The notes: generated by a model not told the origin, from the sequence alone. A stretch of DNA of 64,000 nucleotides from Terriglobia bacterium (GCA_963741105.1 CAVUGT010000014.1:7952-71951); one strand, 5' to 3'. Counted from the first letter of the stretch, positions 21,024 to 30,946 are shown. Numbers and translations are program-made.

Positions 21024-21120
21024 AGAGTCAGCTTCTGGCTTCTGGCTACTAGCTTCTGGCCAAGGCAAACGTGAAATGCTCGGAGAGGGGCGATTAGCCA
21101 GTAGCTAGAAGCGCCCTTGT

Positions 21121-22368
21121 TCACTCGTACCGCAAACTTTCCACCGGATCCAGCTTCGCCGCCCTTGTCGCCGGCACCGTCCCAAAGATCACCCCCACGA
21201 ACGACGAAACTAGAATTGCGACAATCGCAGACAGTCCTGAAATGGGAATCCGGTATTCCGTCAGGAAGCGGACCGAATAGGGAATCGCCAGTCCGATCAC
21301 CACACCAATCAGCCCTCCGACCAGGGATATGGTCATGGCCTCGGCAAGGAACTGGAAGCGTATCTCCCGGTTCGTGGCGCCCAAGGCCTTGCGGATACCA
21401 ATCTCGCGGATGCGGGAACTCACTGTGGCCAGCATGATATTCATGATCCCGATCCCGCTGACCAGCAGGACGACCGCCGCTACCAGCAGCAGCACCAGGG
21501 TCAGAGCGTTGGCCGTCTTCTCCGCCAGCACGACCAATTGAGTGAGATTCATGACGTTGTAAACCGATTCGGCCCGGTGGCGGCTTTGGATCACTTTCCG
21601 GATCTGGTCGGTCGCCGGTGCCACCATGGCGGGGTCCGACGCCGAGAAGTAAATCTGTTTCACCGTCGGAGTGTCGGTAAAGTAGCGGCTCACCGTGTAC
21701 GGGATCAGCATGGTGTAATCGACCACTTCGGTTTGCCCGAAGGTATCTACACGCTCCCGGAAGGTGCCAACGATGGTGAAGGGCAGGCCGCTGAGTTTGA
21801 TGATCTTCCCGATCGCTTCTTCCTGCGATCCGTAAAGCTCTTCCGCCATCTTCTGGGTGATCACGCCCACCTTGTTATGTTCCTGCTCATCTTTACCGTC
21901 GAAAAATCTGCCGGTGATCACCACCAGGTTGCGCACGATCTTGTAATCGGGAAAAACCCCGAGCACCGAGATGTCGCGTTCCTTGCCCCCGCCCACCGGA
22001 ATACGCTCGCCCAGTGAGACCACCGGCGAAGCCGCCACAATGCCAGGGACCTGCTGCAAAGCGGCCTTCAGGTCATCGATGGTGAGCGGGTCGGGAGTGA
22101 CGCTGGCAACGCGCTGGGCGCCGCTCTGGTACTCCGCCTCGATCTGGTTGGTGCCGATCGACTGGATTTGGTTCAGCACATACTGCTTGCCGGTCATGCC
22201 GATCGTCACAACAAGGATCAACGAAGCCGTACCGATCACCATCCCCAACGCAGTCAGCGCGAACCGCACCTTGTTACTGCGAAAGGTCTCATAGGCAAAA
22301 CTGAGGATCTCGCTGTAGACCATCTGGGGCGGCCGTCGTTCTGGTGCGGAAGTAGTGGCAGTCGCCAT
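21121..22368 (-). CDS. ABC transporter permease, MacB/FtsX-like
   Basis: 415 aa. N-terminal TM, large periplasmic domain, then three C-terminal TMs with an FtsX-type motif (...GIGIMNIMLATVSSRIREIGIRKALGA...). Confidence 0.85.
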   Translation of the reverse strand: MATATTSAPERRPPQMVYSEILSFAYETFRSNKVRFALTALGMVIGTASLILVVTIGMTGKQYVLNQIQSIGTNQIEAEYQSGAQRVASVTPDPLTIDDLKAALQQVPGIVAASPVVSLGERIPVGGGKERDISVLGVFPDYKIVRNLVVITGRFFDGKDEQEHNKVGVITQKMAEELYGSQEEAIGKIIKLSGLPFTIVGTFRERVDTFGQTEVVDYTMLIPYTVSRYFTDTPTVKQIYFSASDPAMVAPATDQIRKVIQSRHRAESVYNVMNLTQLVVLAEKTANALTLVLLLVAAVVLLVSGIGIMNIMLATVSSRIREIGIRKALGATNREIRFQFLAEAMTISLVGGLIGVVIGLAIPYSVRFLTEYRIPISGLSAIVAILVSSFVGVIFGTVPATRAAKLDPVESLRYE

Positions 22369-22450
22369 TCGTTTCTAATTAGATGCTAGCCGCAACCGCC
22401 GGGAGGCGCAATTACGGAGGAGAGGCCCACGCGACGGTCGAAAGGGGTTG

Positions 22451-22470
22451 GTAGCGCCGGCGTCCCGCCC
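22451..22470. repeat. REP-like element (GTAGCGCCGGCGTCC family), partial copy 2
   Basis: GTAGCGCCGGCGTCCCGCCC. Only the first half is conserved. Confidence 0.4.
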
Positions 22471-22493
22471 ACCCCGCAGTCGAATCCGCACTT

Positions 22494-23297
22494 CTAACCC
22501 GGCGGTGCCGCCGCCCCGCGGGCGTAGTAGTCAGCAGCCCCGGGCTCCAGCTTCCGCCCCTTGGCATCGAAGATCCGAAAGTGCGCCAACCCCGCCCGTT
22601 GCAGGGCAAACTGCAAGGTCGTCCGGATCACTCCAAACCCATAAGTCACGCTGCGCCGAAAGTTGATCGACGAAGCCTCCTCGAAATATTTCGTCGGACA
22701 CGACACTTCGCCAATCCGAAAACCAAAGTTGACGCATTGCGCCAGTACCTGGTTGTCGAAAACAAAATCATCCGAATTCTCGAGCAGAGGAAGCCCGGTC
22801 AGCACCTCACGGCTGAAGGCGCGATAACCGGTGTGATACTCCGACAGCTTGATCCCGAGAAACAGGTTCTCGAACGCGGTCAGAAAGCGGTTGGCCACGT
22901 ACTTGTAGAACGGCATGCCGCCATGCAGAGCCTGCCCGCCGATAATGCGCGATCCCAGCACCACGTCATAGACACCATAAGCAACCATGCTGGCCATGGC
23001 CGTCACCAGGAGCGGCGTGTACTGGTAATCAGGATGCACCATGATGACCACGTCCGCACCCGCCGCCAGGGCCTCGCGATAGCAGGTCTGCTGGTTGCGG
23101 CCATAGCCGTAATTCTGGTCGTGCACATAGAACTGCAACCCCAACTGCTTCGCAATTTCGACGGTGCGGTCGGAACTGTGGTCGTCCACCAGAATGCGGA
23201 TGTCGACCAGTTCCGGCAATTCCGCCACGGTCGCCGTCAACGTCTTCTCCGCGTTATAGGCGGGGAGCACCACGGCGATATTCTTTCCGTTGATCAT
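22494..23297 (-). CDS. Glycosyltransferase family 2
   Basis: [13 protein letters not shown]-terminus, DDHSSD and a DxD-like region typical of GT2 (Dpm1-like). Confidence 0.85.
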   Translation of the reverse strand: MINGKNIAVVLPAYNAEKTLTATVAELPELVDIRILVDDHSSDRTVEIAKQLGLQFYVHDQNYGYGRNQQTCYREALAAGADVVIMVHPDYQYTPLLVTAMASMVAYGVYDVVLGSRIIGGQALHGGMPFYKYVANRFLTAFENLFLGIKLSEYHTGYRAFSREVLTGLPLLENSDDFVFDNQVLAQCVNFGFRIGEVSCPTKYFEEASSINFRRSVTYGFGVIRTTLQFALQRAGLAHFRIFDAKGRKLEPGAADYYARGAAAPPG

Positions 23298-23351
23298 GGA
23301 ATGCTCATCATAATCTCACAAGCCCGGATTTTGATTGAGGCACTGTCTTGT

Positions 23352-23465
23352 GTGGGACCGGGTCTCTGACCCGGTCGGGCGGCCCAAATGGGCCACAGTT
23401 CTGAAGTTCCCCAACATACAGCGGCGCTGCGTACCGCTCGACCGGGTCGAAGACCCGGTCCCATG
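23352..23465. repeat. Inverted pair of GTGGGACCGGGTC hairpins (MITE/REP-like unit)
   Basis: Left arm 23352-23379: GTGGGACCGGGTCTCTGACCCGGTCGGG. Right arm 23437-23465 is its near reverse complement (CTCGACCGGGTCGAAGACCCGGTCCCAT). Each arm is itself a 9-bp hairpin. Confidence 0.6.
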
Positions 23466-23532
23466 CGGATCATCCTGAGCACCATTTTCCCCTTTGTTGA
23501 TAAAATATCTATTCGGTCAAGCCCGAGACTCA

Positions 23533-24945
23533 ATGTCCGAGAAACGCACCCTATTCGAGAAAGTCTGGAACGAGCACGTCGTCTCCTCCCCACCGGACCG
23601 CCTGCCTCTTCTTTATATAGACCTGCATCTGGTCCACGAGGTGACGTCGCCGCAGGCTTTCGATGGCCTGCGCGCGGCAAAGCGCCGTGTGCGCCAGCCC
23701 AACCGGACAGTGGCCACGGTCGATCACAACATCCCGACCGACCCCCGCGGCACGCCCATTACCGATCCGATTGCTGCACTTCAGATCAAGGCCCTGCAGA
23801 AGAATTGCAAGGAATTCGGCGTCCCCCTGTTCGACATGGACTCGCCCGACCAGGGCATCGTCCATGTCATCGGCCCCGAACTCGGACTTACCCAGCCGGG
23901 CATGACCATCGTATGCGGCGACAGCCACACCAGCACCCACGGCGCGTTTGGCGCGCTGGCCTTCGGCATTGGCACATCCGAAGTCGAGCATGTGCTGGCC
24001 ACACAATGTCTGCCGCAGCGCAAACCGAAAACCATGCTGATCGACGTTCGGGGCAAGCTGCCTGAAGGCGTGACCGCCAAAGATCTGGCTCTGGGGATCA
24101 TCGGACAGATCGGCACCGACGGCGCCACCGGACACGTCATCGAATACGCCGGAGAAGCCGTCCGCGGACTCTCGGTCGAAGGCCGCATGACGTTGTGCAA
24201 CATGAGCATCGAGGCCGGAGCTCGCGCCGGCATGGTCGCGCCGGACGAGACCACCTTCGCCTATCTCAAGAACCGCCGCTTCGCTCCACAAAACGGCGGC
24301 TGGGAAAAGACGGTCGCACACTGGCGCACTCTGCCGTCCGATCCCGGCGCGCGTTACGACAAGATCGTGGAAATTGATGCCTCGAAGCTGGCCCCGTTCG
24401 TGACCTGGGGGACAAACCCCGGCATGGTGGTGTCTGTCAGCGGCCGTGTCCCGGATCTCACTGATCTCAAGACGGACGCAGATCGCCACGCCGCCGAACG
24501 CATGCTGGAATACATGGGGCTGAAAGCCGGCACCCGCGTGGAAGAAATTCCAGTCGATCGCGTCTTCATCGGTTCCTGCACCAACTCGCGCCTCGAGGAT
24601 TTGCGCGCGGCCGCTCGCGTGGCCAAGGGACACCACGTGAGTCCGAAAGTCCGGGCCATGGTCGTTCCCGGCTCGCAAGCGGTGAAACATGCAGCCGAGC
24701 AGGAAGGCCTCGACCGAATTTTCCAGGAGGCAGGTTTCGAATGGCGGGAGTCCGGCTGCTCGATGTGCCTGGGTATGAACCCGGACATCCTGCAACCGGG
24801 CGAGCGCTGTGCTTCGACCAGCAATCGCAACTTCGAAGGCCGTCAGGGCCGTGGTGGACGCACCCACCTGGTCAGCCCCATGATGGCCGCAGCAGCCGCC
24901 ATCGAAGGCCACTTCACCGACATTAGAAACTGGAAGTTTGAGTAG
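23533..24945 (+). CDS. leuC: 3-isopropylmalate dehydratase large subunit
   Basis: TLFEKVW...[18 protein letters not shown] start and aconitase-family Cys motifs ([15 protein letters not shown]). ATG at 23533. Confidence 0.92.
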   Translation: MSEKRTLFEKVWNEHVVSSPPDRLPLLYIDLHLVHEVTSPQAFDGLRAAKRRVRQPNRTVATVDHNIPTDPRGTPITDPIAALQIKALQKNCKEFGVPLFDMDSPDQGIVHVIGPELGLTQPGMTIVCGDSHTSTHGAFGALAFGIGTSEVEHVLATQCLPQRKPKTMLIDVRGKLPEGVTAKDLALGIIGQIGTDGATGHVIEYAGEAVRGLSVEGRMTLCNMSIEAGARAGMVAPDETTFAYLKNRRFAPQNGGWEKTVAHWRTLPSDPGARYDKIVEIDASKLAPFVTWGTNPGMVVSVSGRVPDLTDLKTDADRHAAERMLEYMGLKAGTRVEEIPVDRVFIGSCTNSRLEDLRAAARVAKGHHVSPKVRAMVVPGSQAVKHAAEQEGLDRIFQEAGFEWRESGCSMCLGMNPDILQPGERCASTSNRNFEGRQGRGGRTHLVSPMMAAAAAIEGHFTDIRNWKFE

Positions 24946-24950
24946 TTAAA

Positions 24951-24996
24951 GTAGCGCCGGCGTCCCGCCGGCTGTCCGGAGGGCGTCCCGCCCTCC
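24951..24996. repeat. REP-like double hairpin (GTAGCGCCGGCGTCC family), copy 3
   Basis: GTAGCGCCGGCGTCCCGCCGGCTGTCCGGAGGGCGTCCCGCCCTCC, between leuC and leuD. Stems CCGGCG/CGCCGG and GAGGGCG/CGCCCTC, both with a TCC loop. Confidence 0.65.
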
Positions 24997-25013
24997 GAAA
25001 GTCTGGAGAGCAA

Positions 25014-25619
25014 ATGCAACCTTTCCGCACTCACAAAGGCAAAGTCGTCCCGCTGGATCGTGCCAACATAGACACCGACCAGATCATCCCCAAGCAGTTC
25101 CTGAAGCGAATCGAGCGCACCGGCTTTGGCGAATTCCTGTTCTTCGACTGGCGTCGCAACAAAGATGGTTCGCAGGACCCCACTTTCTCCCTGAACCAGC
25201 CGCGCTACAAGGGAGCCAGCATTCTCGTCACCGCCAAAAACTTCGGCTGCGGATCGTCCCGCGAACACGCCGTCTGGGCCCTGGAAGATTTCGGCTTCCG
25301 CGCAGTCATCGCCCCATCTTTCGCCGACATCTTCGCCAACAACTGCGTGAAGAATGGCGTGCTCACAGTGGTTTTGACAGAAAACGAAGTCGAAGGGATT
25401 ATCAAACGCGCGGGGGAGCAGCCCAACTACCAACTAGCCATCGACCTCGAAAAATGCCAGGTCAGTGATGACGCTGGATTCAAAGCCACTTTCCAGATCG
25501 ATGAATTCACCCGCCACTGCCTGCTAGAAGGCCTCGACGACATCGGTCTGACGCTAAAACACGAACCCGAAATCACAGCCTACGAATCCCGCCACCCAGT
25601 CGCGACGAAGATCATGTAG
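25014..25619 (+). CDS. leuD: 3-isopropylmalate dehydratase small subunit
   Basis: 201 aa. DTDQIIPKQFL and GCGSSREHAVWAL motifs. Confidence 0.92.
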   Translation: MQPFRTHKGKVVPLDRANIDTDQIIPKQFLKRIERTGFGEFLFFDWRRNKDGSQDPTFSLNQPRYKGASILVTAKNFGCGSSREHAVWALEDFGFRAVIAPSFADIFANNCVKNGVLTVVLTENEVEGIIKRAGEQPNYQLAIDLEKCQVSDDAGFKATFQIDEFTRHCLLEGLDDIGLTLKHEPEITAYESRHPVATKIM

Positions 25620-25641
25620 GGCGGGCGCCCGCGCTCGTGCA

Positions 25642-25667
25642 GCGGGGCAAAGCCCCGCAAGATTTTT
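25642..25667 (+). terminator. Rho-independent terminator after leuD
   Basis: GCGGGGC-AAA-GCCCCGC followed by AAGATTTTT. Lies between convergent genes. Confidence 0.6.
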
Positions 25668-25675
25668 GGGACATT

Positions 25676-28186
25676 CTAGACCGGTGGCCCCGCCGGTGCC
25701 CCAGACGGTTTCACCTTAGGCGTATTCTGCTCCGGATCCTGCAGGAACAAAATAATTTCGTGATCAATCTGCTCCAGTATCGGCCCACGCGTTGCATTCT
25801 TCTTCACTGCCCCCTGCACTTCCCGCACTCCAGCCAAAGCCGCAGCCCGTACCTCGGCGGTTGCGTCAGAATTCGCCGCCAGAATCATCAGGCGGTCCGC
25901 CACTTCGGTTTGCACCACGCCTGCGAGATCCCGTTCAGCGGGTGTCTTCGCCGTGTCAGAAAACGCGGTGCTCACCAGTGCCGAAACCACGCTCTCCGCC
26001 GAGGGCGCTTTTGACTCCTGACGCGAGATCACCACCAGCCTTTGCATGCGCTGAGGGTTTAGTAATCCGCCTACTACGATCTCAGCCACAGCCCGCGCCC
26101 CGTCCTGAGGACTGAAAAGATATCCCGCCGACGAGGCAAACTGCTCCGGATCGGAATCGCGATTCTCCAGCGGCGCTAACGCCTTCCATACCTCCGCCGG
26201 AACATTCAGCCGCGCAGGATTCAAAGCACCCAGCGCCAGTTGCAGCGCCTCCTTCTGACTCTCCGCCGGCCAGATGATAACGGGTTTCTGCCCATCCCCT
26301 GCCAGCGAGAGCGGAATCTCGGCGCTACCTATTACGTTGATTGCGGCTCCCAGCGCGTAACGATGAAACAGATAAACCAACGGCAACCGCGAAGTGAACA
26401 TCGAGTTGGGCTCGCCCGGCCGCAACATAAGCGGGCTGTACTGGGCCAGGAGCGAATTTCGCACCGGCAGAACCGTTTTAAGCCAGTTCACCGGATCGGG
26501 GCCGTCATCATAAGAATTCCATCGAGGATCGGCCGTGTTTCCCCAGACAATTCCTTTCGCCAGCGCTCCCTTGACGATCGCATCCAGCCGCGCCTGGTTC
26601 TCCCGCACCGAACTGCCCGGTTTGCCCTGGCTGTATCCCCATTCGATGGCGAGGCGGTCGTAACTCCCGGTCTCTTGCATGTAGGCATCGGAGAGATCGG
26701 CCGTCCCATCTGCACGAATCTGAAAGCGCGGCGCGAAGTAATCCATCACCGAGCCGCGTCCGTAGGTGCTGGCCACGAAGTTATGTTCCAGGCCCAGTAC
26801 GTGTCCCATTTCATGACAGGTCAGCAGTGCCAGCCGTTTCAGCATGGTTTGTTCTTCGCTGGTTTTCGGATCGAGACTGTCGAGCGCGGCGAAGCTATCC
26901 AGAGCGGGTTCGGAGTTGTCCCGAGCCGACGGCATCACCGACTCCCAATAATTGTTCACCGTGCGCATGCGATGCGAATCCAATTGCACCACGGCGTGAA
27001 TGATTTCGCCCGTCCGCGGATCGACGTGGCTCTGCCCCACCGACCATCCTCGTCCCGACCGGTTCGTCCACTGGATCGTCGGATAGCGAATGTCCATCGG
27101 ATCCACGCCTTCGGGCAAATCTTCGACCCGCAGAGCGTTTTTGAATCCAGCTTGCTCAAACGCCGCATTCCACCACAACGCTCCCATACGCGCCGCCGAA
27201 CGGATCGGCTCCGGAATCGCGCGGTCGAGATAAAACACAATCGGCTTCACCGGCTCGCTCATCGCCGCATTCGCATCTTTCTTCTGCAGACGCCAGCGGT
27301 TTACCAGGTAACGCGTCAGCGACCGGTCGTAAGCCTGCGAGAAATCCTGAAAGCTGGTACTGATAAATCCCACCCGTGGGTCTTGATCCAGCACCTCGTA
27401 TCCCGCAGCCGGCATGGCCACAAACGAATGATGCTCGCGCAGGCTCAACGAGTGTGGATCAGGCTGGTTCAGATCGCTCTCCGAATCCGTGGAGAAAGTC
27501 AGCAGCGCTTCCACTTCCGTATTGAGAGGGAAACTTCCGGTGTGCTCCAGATCGATCACGCTGCGATCTTTGTCCAGCCGCCAGTCCGCCGCCTTCGACG
27601 ATTGTTCCCGGATGACCACGCCACCCACGGCACGCGAAGGACGGCGCAATTGCGAGAGCAGATCAAACGCGTCCCGCATCAGCAGGCTGTCGCCGTCGAC
27701 CAGCACAGTGCCATCGCGCTCTCCCTCGACCGGAAGCGAGGCCAGCACCGAAGTCGGGAAACTGTATTCCACCGAATGCTGCAACTCCGCCGCTCCGTTC
27801 GGAGCGCGGAAGCTTGTGTTCTCCTGAATCACCAGCACGCGCATTCCAGCCCGCCGGAACCGGCACACTGCGCCACCGCCGAATGAACTCCGGTCCGCAA
27901 ATGCCTCGATCGAACCGACGCCGCTGCCCAGTCCGGTGAAGTATAGAAACTCTCCCTGCAGCGCTGCTGGGGACAGCTCAAACAAGATGTCACCTTTTTT
28001 TTCGTCCCAGTAGTACGGGAAGAAGCCATCGTGCCGTTGCAACCCAGCCGTACGAGTCGTAAGTCCGTCCGCCGGCTTGGCAGATGTCTGAGCAACCACG
28101 CAGCCTGTCAGAACCAGCAGGGCAAACAAAAGCCGCAATCTTGTCATAGGCTTTGTCTTATACATCACCAGCCCGCGCCCGCTCAA
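25676..28186 (-). CDS. Secreted zinc-dependent metalloprotease (DUF4953/DUF5117-like)
   Basis: HEMGHVLGLEHNF zincin motif. The signal peptide MTRLRLLFALLVLTGCVVA suggests the real start is at 28147 or 28165 rather than the TTG at 28186. Confidence 0.85.
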   Translation of the reverse strand: MSGRGLVMYKTKPMTRLRLLFALLVLTGCVVAQTSAKPADGLTTRTAGLQRHDGFFPYYWDEKKGDILFELSPAALQGEFLYFTGLGSGVGSIEAFADRSSFGGGAVCRFRRAGMRVLVIQENTSFRAPNGAAELQHSVEYSFPTSVLASLPVEGERDGTVLVDGDSLLMRDAFDLLSQLRRPSRAVGGVVIREQSSKAADWRLDKDRSVIDLEHTGSFPLNTEVEALLTFSTDSESDLNQPDPHSLSLREHHSFVAMPAAGYEVLDQDPRVGFISTSFQDFSQAYDRSLTRYLVNRWRLQKKDANAAMSEPVKPIVFYLDRAIPEPIRSAARMGALWWNAAFEQAGFKNALRVEDLPEGVDPMDIRYPTIQWTNRSGRGWSVGQSHVDPRTGEIIHAVVQLDSHRMRTVNNYWESVMPSARDNSEPALDSFAALDSLDPKTSEEQTMLKRLALLTCHEMGHVLGLEHNFVASTYGRGSVMDYFAPRFQIRADGTADLSDAYMQETGSYDRLAIEWGYSQGKPGSSVRENQARLDAIVKGALAKGIVWGNTADPRWNSYDDGPDPVNWLKTVLPVRNSLLAQYSPLMLRPGEPNSMFTSRLPLVYLFHRYALGAAINVIGSAEIPLSLAGDGQKPVIIWPAESQKEALQLALGALNPARLNVPAEVWKALAPLENRDSDPEQFASSAGYLFSPQDGARAVAEIVVGGLLNPQRMQRLVVISRQESKAPSAESVVSALVSTAFSDTAKTPAERDLAGVVQTEVADRLMILAANSDATAEVRAAALAGVREVQGAVKKNATRGPILEQIDHEIILFLQDPEQNTPKVKPSGAPAGPPV

Positions 28187-28191
28187 TCCAT

Positions 28192-28236
28192 CTGAGAACT
28201 GAGAACGAGGAACTGAAAACTAAGAATCAAGACCAG
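28192..28236 (+). repeat. CTGAGAAC-type purine-rich intergenic motif, copy 3
   Basis: CTGAGAACTGAGAACGAGGAACTGAAAACTAAGAATCAAGACCAG, directly upstream of the metalloprotease start. Confidence 0.6.
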
Positions 28237-28307
28237 AAAATCGTCGTTGGCCGTCGGTCGTTGGCCTTTGGCACTTAGTCCTTGGCCAATGACCAACGGC
28301 GCGTCCA

Positions 28308-28354
28308 TCAAAGGAAAAAGCCCCGGCCCTTCAAACTACGAAGGACAGGGGCTT
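28308..28354 (-). terminator. Terminator-like hairpin after the histidine kinase
   Basis: On the minus strand, AAGCCCCTGTCCTTCG...GAAGGGCCGGGGCTT (two mismatches) followed by TTTTCCTTTG. Confidence 0.5.
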
Positions 28355-28387
28355 GCTTTCGGGGGTGTGAAAGGCGCCGAGAAGAGA

Positions 28388-29158
28388 TTACGCAGCGTGG
28401 GCAGCCGCAGATAGAGAAAGCAGAGGCACAGTGGCTCGTAGCCTGGTCCCGGGATCGGCAGGTTCAATCTCCAATTCGCCCTCCAGCTCATTCAAACGTT
28501 CGCGCATTCCAGCCAGTCCCACGCCGGAGTCTAGAGCCGCCATTCGCGAGGTGCTCGGGAATTTCTTGGAAATTCCGCATCCGTAGTCTCGCACTTCGAG
28601 AATGACCACCGGGCCCTCGCGGCGCAAGCGGACGTCTACCTCGAAACTGCCGGAGTGCCGGTGCACGTTGGTAAGACTTTCCTGTAGCACGCGGAAGAGT
28701 GCGTTCTCGATCTGCTTGGGTAGACGCTGAATCTCGGGGGCAAAGTCCACTCGTACCTTGATCCCGCTGCGCTGGGCGAAACCCGCCAGGTACCACTGCG
28801 CAGCCGAAGTTAATCCTGATTCGTCCAGCAGGGGCGGATGCAATAGATAAGAGGTCGTGCGGATTTCCTGTAACGCCTCATCCACCAGACCCGCGATCCC
28901 GGCAAGCTCATCGCGGGTTGCTTTGTCATGGTGCAATTTCTGTTGCAGCAGGGTCACTGATATTTTCAACGCAGTAAGTGTCTGGCCGGTGCTGTCGTGT
29001 AAGTCCCGGGCCACTTTTCGCCGTTCCTCGTCTTGCACCCGGAGCAGCCGCTGGGAAAGATTCTGCAATGCTACCGTGCGCTCAAGAACTAGCATCTCAA
29101 GTTCCGAACACGATTGCCTGAGGGTTTGCTTGCTTTGATGTCCTGAAAGAATCCACAT
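28388..29158 (-). CDS. Soluble sensor histidine kinase, HisKA_3 (NarX/DesK-type) + HATPase_c
   Basis: RKVARDLHDSTGQTL H-box, ESLTNVHRHS N-box and DYGCGI G-box. AAGAGGTG before the ATG and in-frame stops just upstream. No TM or sensor domain, and no response regulator adjacent. Confidence 0.85.
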   Translation of the reverse strand: MWILSGHQSKQTLRQSCSELEMLVLERTVALQNLSQRLLRVQDEERRKVARDLHDSTGQTLTALKISVTLLQQKLHHDKATRDELAGIAGLVDEALQEIRTTSYLLHPPLLDESGLTSAAQWYLAGFAQRSGIKVRVDFAPEIQRLPKQIENALFRVLQESLTNVHRHSGSFEVDVRLRREGPVVILEVRDYGCGISKKFPSTSRMAALDSGVGLAGMRERLNELEGELEIEPADPGTRLRATVPLLSLSAAAHAA

Positions 29159-29285
29159 GGCCCACCTCTTTGTGTGAGAACTATCTCATTAAGAGGATTT
29201 AACTTCTGAGCAATTCCGTACATTCCAAATTTCTGTCTTTTGGACGCGATCTTCAGGGAAATGAGTGGGTTGCTGCTGAATGTTC

Positions 29286-30044
29286 TTACGAAGAGACTGG
29301 CTTTTTCACACAAAGGAAGCCGGCAAAGTTGAACCACTGGAAAAACGTTTCGACGATTTCAAAACCGTTGCGCCGGAACAGGTCAAGATTCTCCTGCAGT
29401 TGGTACGGGACCAGGACGTTCTCCAGTGCCTCTCGCTTGCGCGCGATCTCAGTATCCGAATACCCCTGCTTGCGCTTGAAGTCATAATAGAAATCGATGA
29501 AAAAGCGGTTCACGTGACCGTTGTTGGTGAGGATTTTCTCGGTCACGATCAGCGCACCTTCACTGGCCAGCGAATCGTAGATGTGCCGGATCAGGGCATC
29601 TCTGCCCAGAGGCCGGATGAACTGCAGCGTCCAGCACATGGTGACGATGCTGGCATTCTCCAGAGGCAGTTCTGAGAGCGCTCCGTTGAGCTCGCCCGGG
29701 CGGACCTCGATTCTCTGCTCGAAATGGTTCTCGGCAATCTTCTTCCGTGCCCGCTCCAGCATGGGAAGGGAATTGTCGTAGCCGGCGAAGCGTGCCGCCG
29801 CGGGAAGTTTCCGGCACATATCCACCAGCATGGTCGCGGTTGAGCAGCCCAGGTCGTACACCATCGTTCCCGGAATATAGAAGCGCTTGCCGATGTCGGT
29901 GACCATGTTCAGCTGTTCCGAGTAGAACGGGACACTGCGTTCCAGCATGTCGTCGAACACCTCGGCGACTTCCTTGTTGAACTCAAAATCCCGCGCCGGC
30001 TTGTTCCCGGCGAGAAAGACTTTGTCCTTTTTCTTTTTCTTCAT
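29286..30044 (-). CDS. CmoA-like class I SAM-dependent methyltransferase (carboxy-SAM synthase family)
   Basis: From the ATG at 30044: FEFNKEVAEVFDDMLERSVPFYSEQ..., closely mirroring the E. coli CmoA N-terminal signature (F.ERVAEVFPDMIQRSVPGY). DLGCSTA SAM motif. 252 aa. Confidence 0.75.
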   Translation of the reverse strand: MKKKKKDKVFLAGNKPARDFEFNKEVAEVFDDMLERSVPFYSEQLNMVTDIGKRFYIPGTMVYDLGCSTATMLVDMCRKLPAAARFAGYDNSLPMLERARKKIAENHFEQRIEVRPGELNGALSELPLENASIVTMCWTLQFIRPLGRDALIRHIYDSLASEGALIVTEKILTNNGHVNRFFIDFYYDFKRKQGYSDTEIARKREALENVLVPYQLQENLDLFRRNGFEIVETFFQWFNFAGFLCVKKPVSS

Positions 30045-30064
30045 GTGCTTCACCCCCACAGCAA

Positions 30065-30946
30065 CTAGGCCGTCCGCCGCCGAAACAAAAATCCGCGTCC
30101 TTCCTGCTTCTCCGGTGCGCCACGTACCGCCCACCGTTCCAGGTACACAAACTCCCTGACCAACTCTAGTCCCGCTTCTTCGGCACAGGTCACGACCTCC
30201 TGACGATTCAGGAACCAGCTCAGGCACTGTGTGTAGTAGCCCGGCCGGTAAGGTCTTTGCTCCACCACAAACGAGGGTGAACGGCTCACCACTTGTAACC
30301 GGGCAAGATACAGAAACTCACCGGTAGCAGCCGCCAGCTGGCAAAGCACAGCCCGCCAGTCTTCGAAGTAGTGCAGCGCGCTGCTGCTGATCACCAGGTC
30401 AAATCGTTTTCCGGCCAACTCCGTTGCGTCATCGTGGAAGTGCACCTCAGGTTGCAGCTTTCTTCCCGCTTCGCATAACGATGGCACGTCATAGCAGTGG
30501 TATTCAATCTCAACTTCAGGCAGCAGGGTCTTGCTGTAGAGGTAGTAGTGGCCTGCTCCGCTGCCCCAGTCCAGCACGGAGAGGTTGTCTTTCTTCCTGG
30601 CCGCGAGTGCTAACACGTACCCGTAGGACATCATTGCGTTGTGATAACCCACTTCGTCACGGGTCACACTCCACGGGAAATGGGAGACACCCAACGGACC
30701 GGGTCCTTCAAGGTTACGCACCAGCGTGGGCCAATGCCGTGCAACCGCATCGGCAACATCGGGATCAGTCCAGCCCTTCATCTTCGGGTGCTGTGCTCGC
30801 CAGCCTTCGGGCACATAGACCCACTCCGAGAGCAGGTAATTGATTTTTGTCACCAGCAACGCAGGAAGGTAAGGCGCGGCGCGGATGAAGAATTTTCCTG
30901 CCGTTCGAGCTGCAAAGCTCGCACGCCAGCTACCGGGATTTCTCAT
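30065..30946 (-). CDS. Class I SAM-dependent methyltransferase (resembles the LIC12133-type family seen in glycan loci)
   Basis: VLDWGSGAGHYY SAM-binding motif and DLVISSSALHYFEDW. ATG at 30946 overlaps the stop of the upstream gene (ATGA). The family name is from memory. Confidence 0.7.
   Translation of the reverse strand: MRNPGSWRASFAARTAGKFFIRAAPYLPALLVTKINYLLSEWVYVPEGWRAQHPKMKGWTDPDVADAVARHWPTLVRNLEGPGPLGVSHFPWSVTRDEVGYHNAMMSYGYVLALAARKKDNLSVLDWGSGAGHYYLYSKTLLPEVEIEYHCYDVPSLCEAGRKLQPEVHFHDDATELAGKRFDLVISSSALHYFEDWRAVLCQLAAATGEFLYLARLQVVSRSPSFVVEQRPYRPGYYTQCLSWFLNRQEVVTCAEEAGLELVREFVYLERWAVRGAPEKQEGRGFLFRRRTA

Noticed and set aside
23551-24912. Long antisense or alternate-frame ORFs. Examples: 23551..24912 (453 aa), 41658..43010 (450 aa), 59625..60959 (444 aa), 26240..27886 (548 aa), 4221..5453 (410 aa), 57611..58546, 11010..11873, 33362..34186, 22581..23369, 17775..18569, 39078..39749 and 16708..17361.
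   Set aside because: Each lies opposite or out of frame to a gene with clear family motifs (leuC, GT39, katG, metalloprotease, TonB receptor, and so on). Their translations are Arg/Pro/Gly/His-rich with no recognisable domains, which is typical of shadow ORFs in GC-rich DNA.
29286-30227. 313-aa version of the CmoA-like ORF, and the 316-aa version of the neighbouring methyltransferase (30065..31015).
   Set aside because: The upstream extensions are Gly/Arg-rich and overlap the preceding genes. The internal ATGs at 30044 and 30946 match the family N-terminus and an ATGA coupling respectively.
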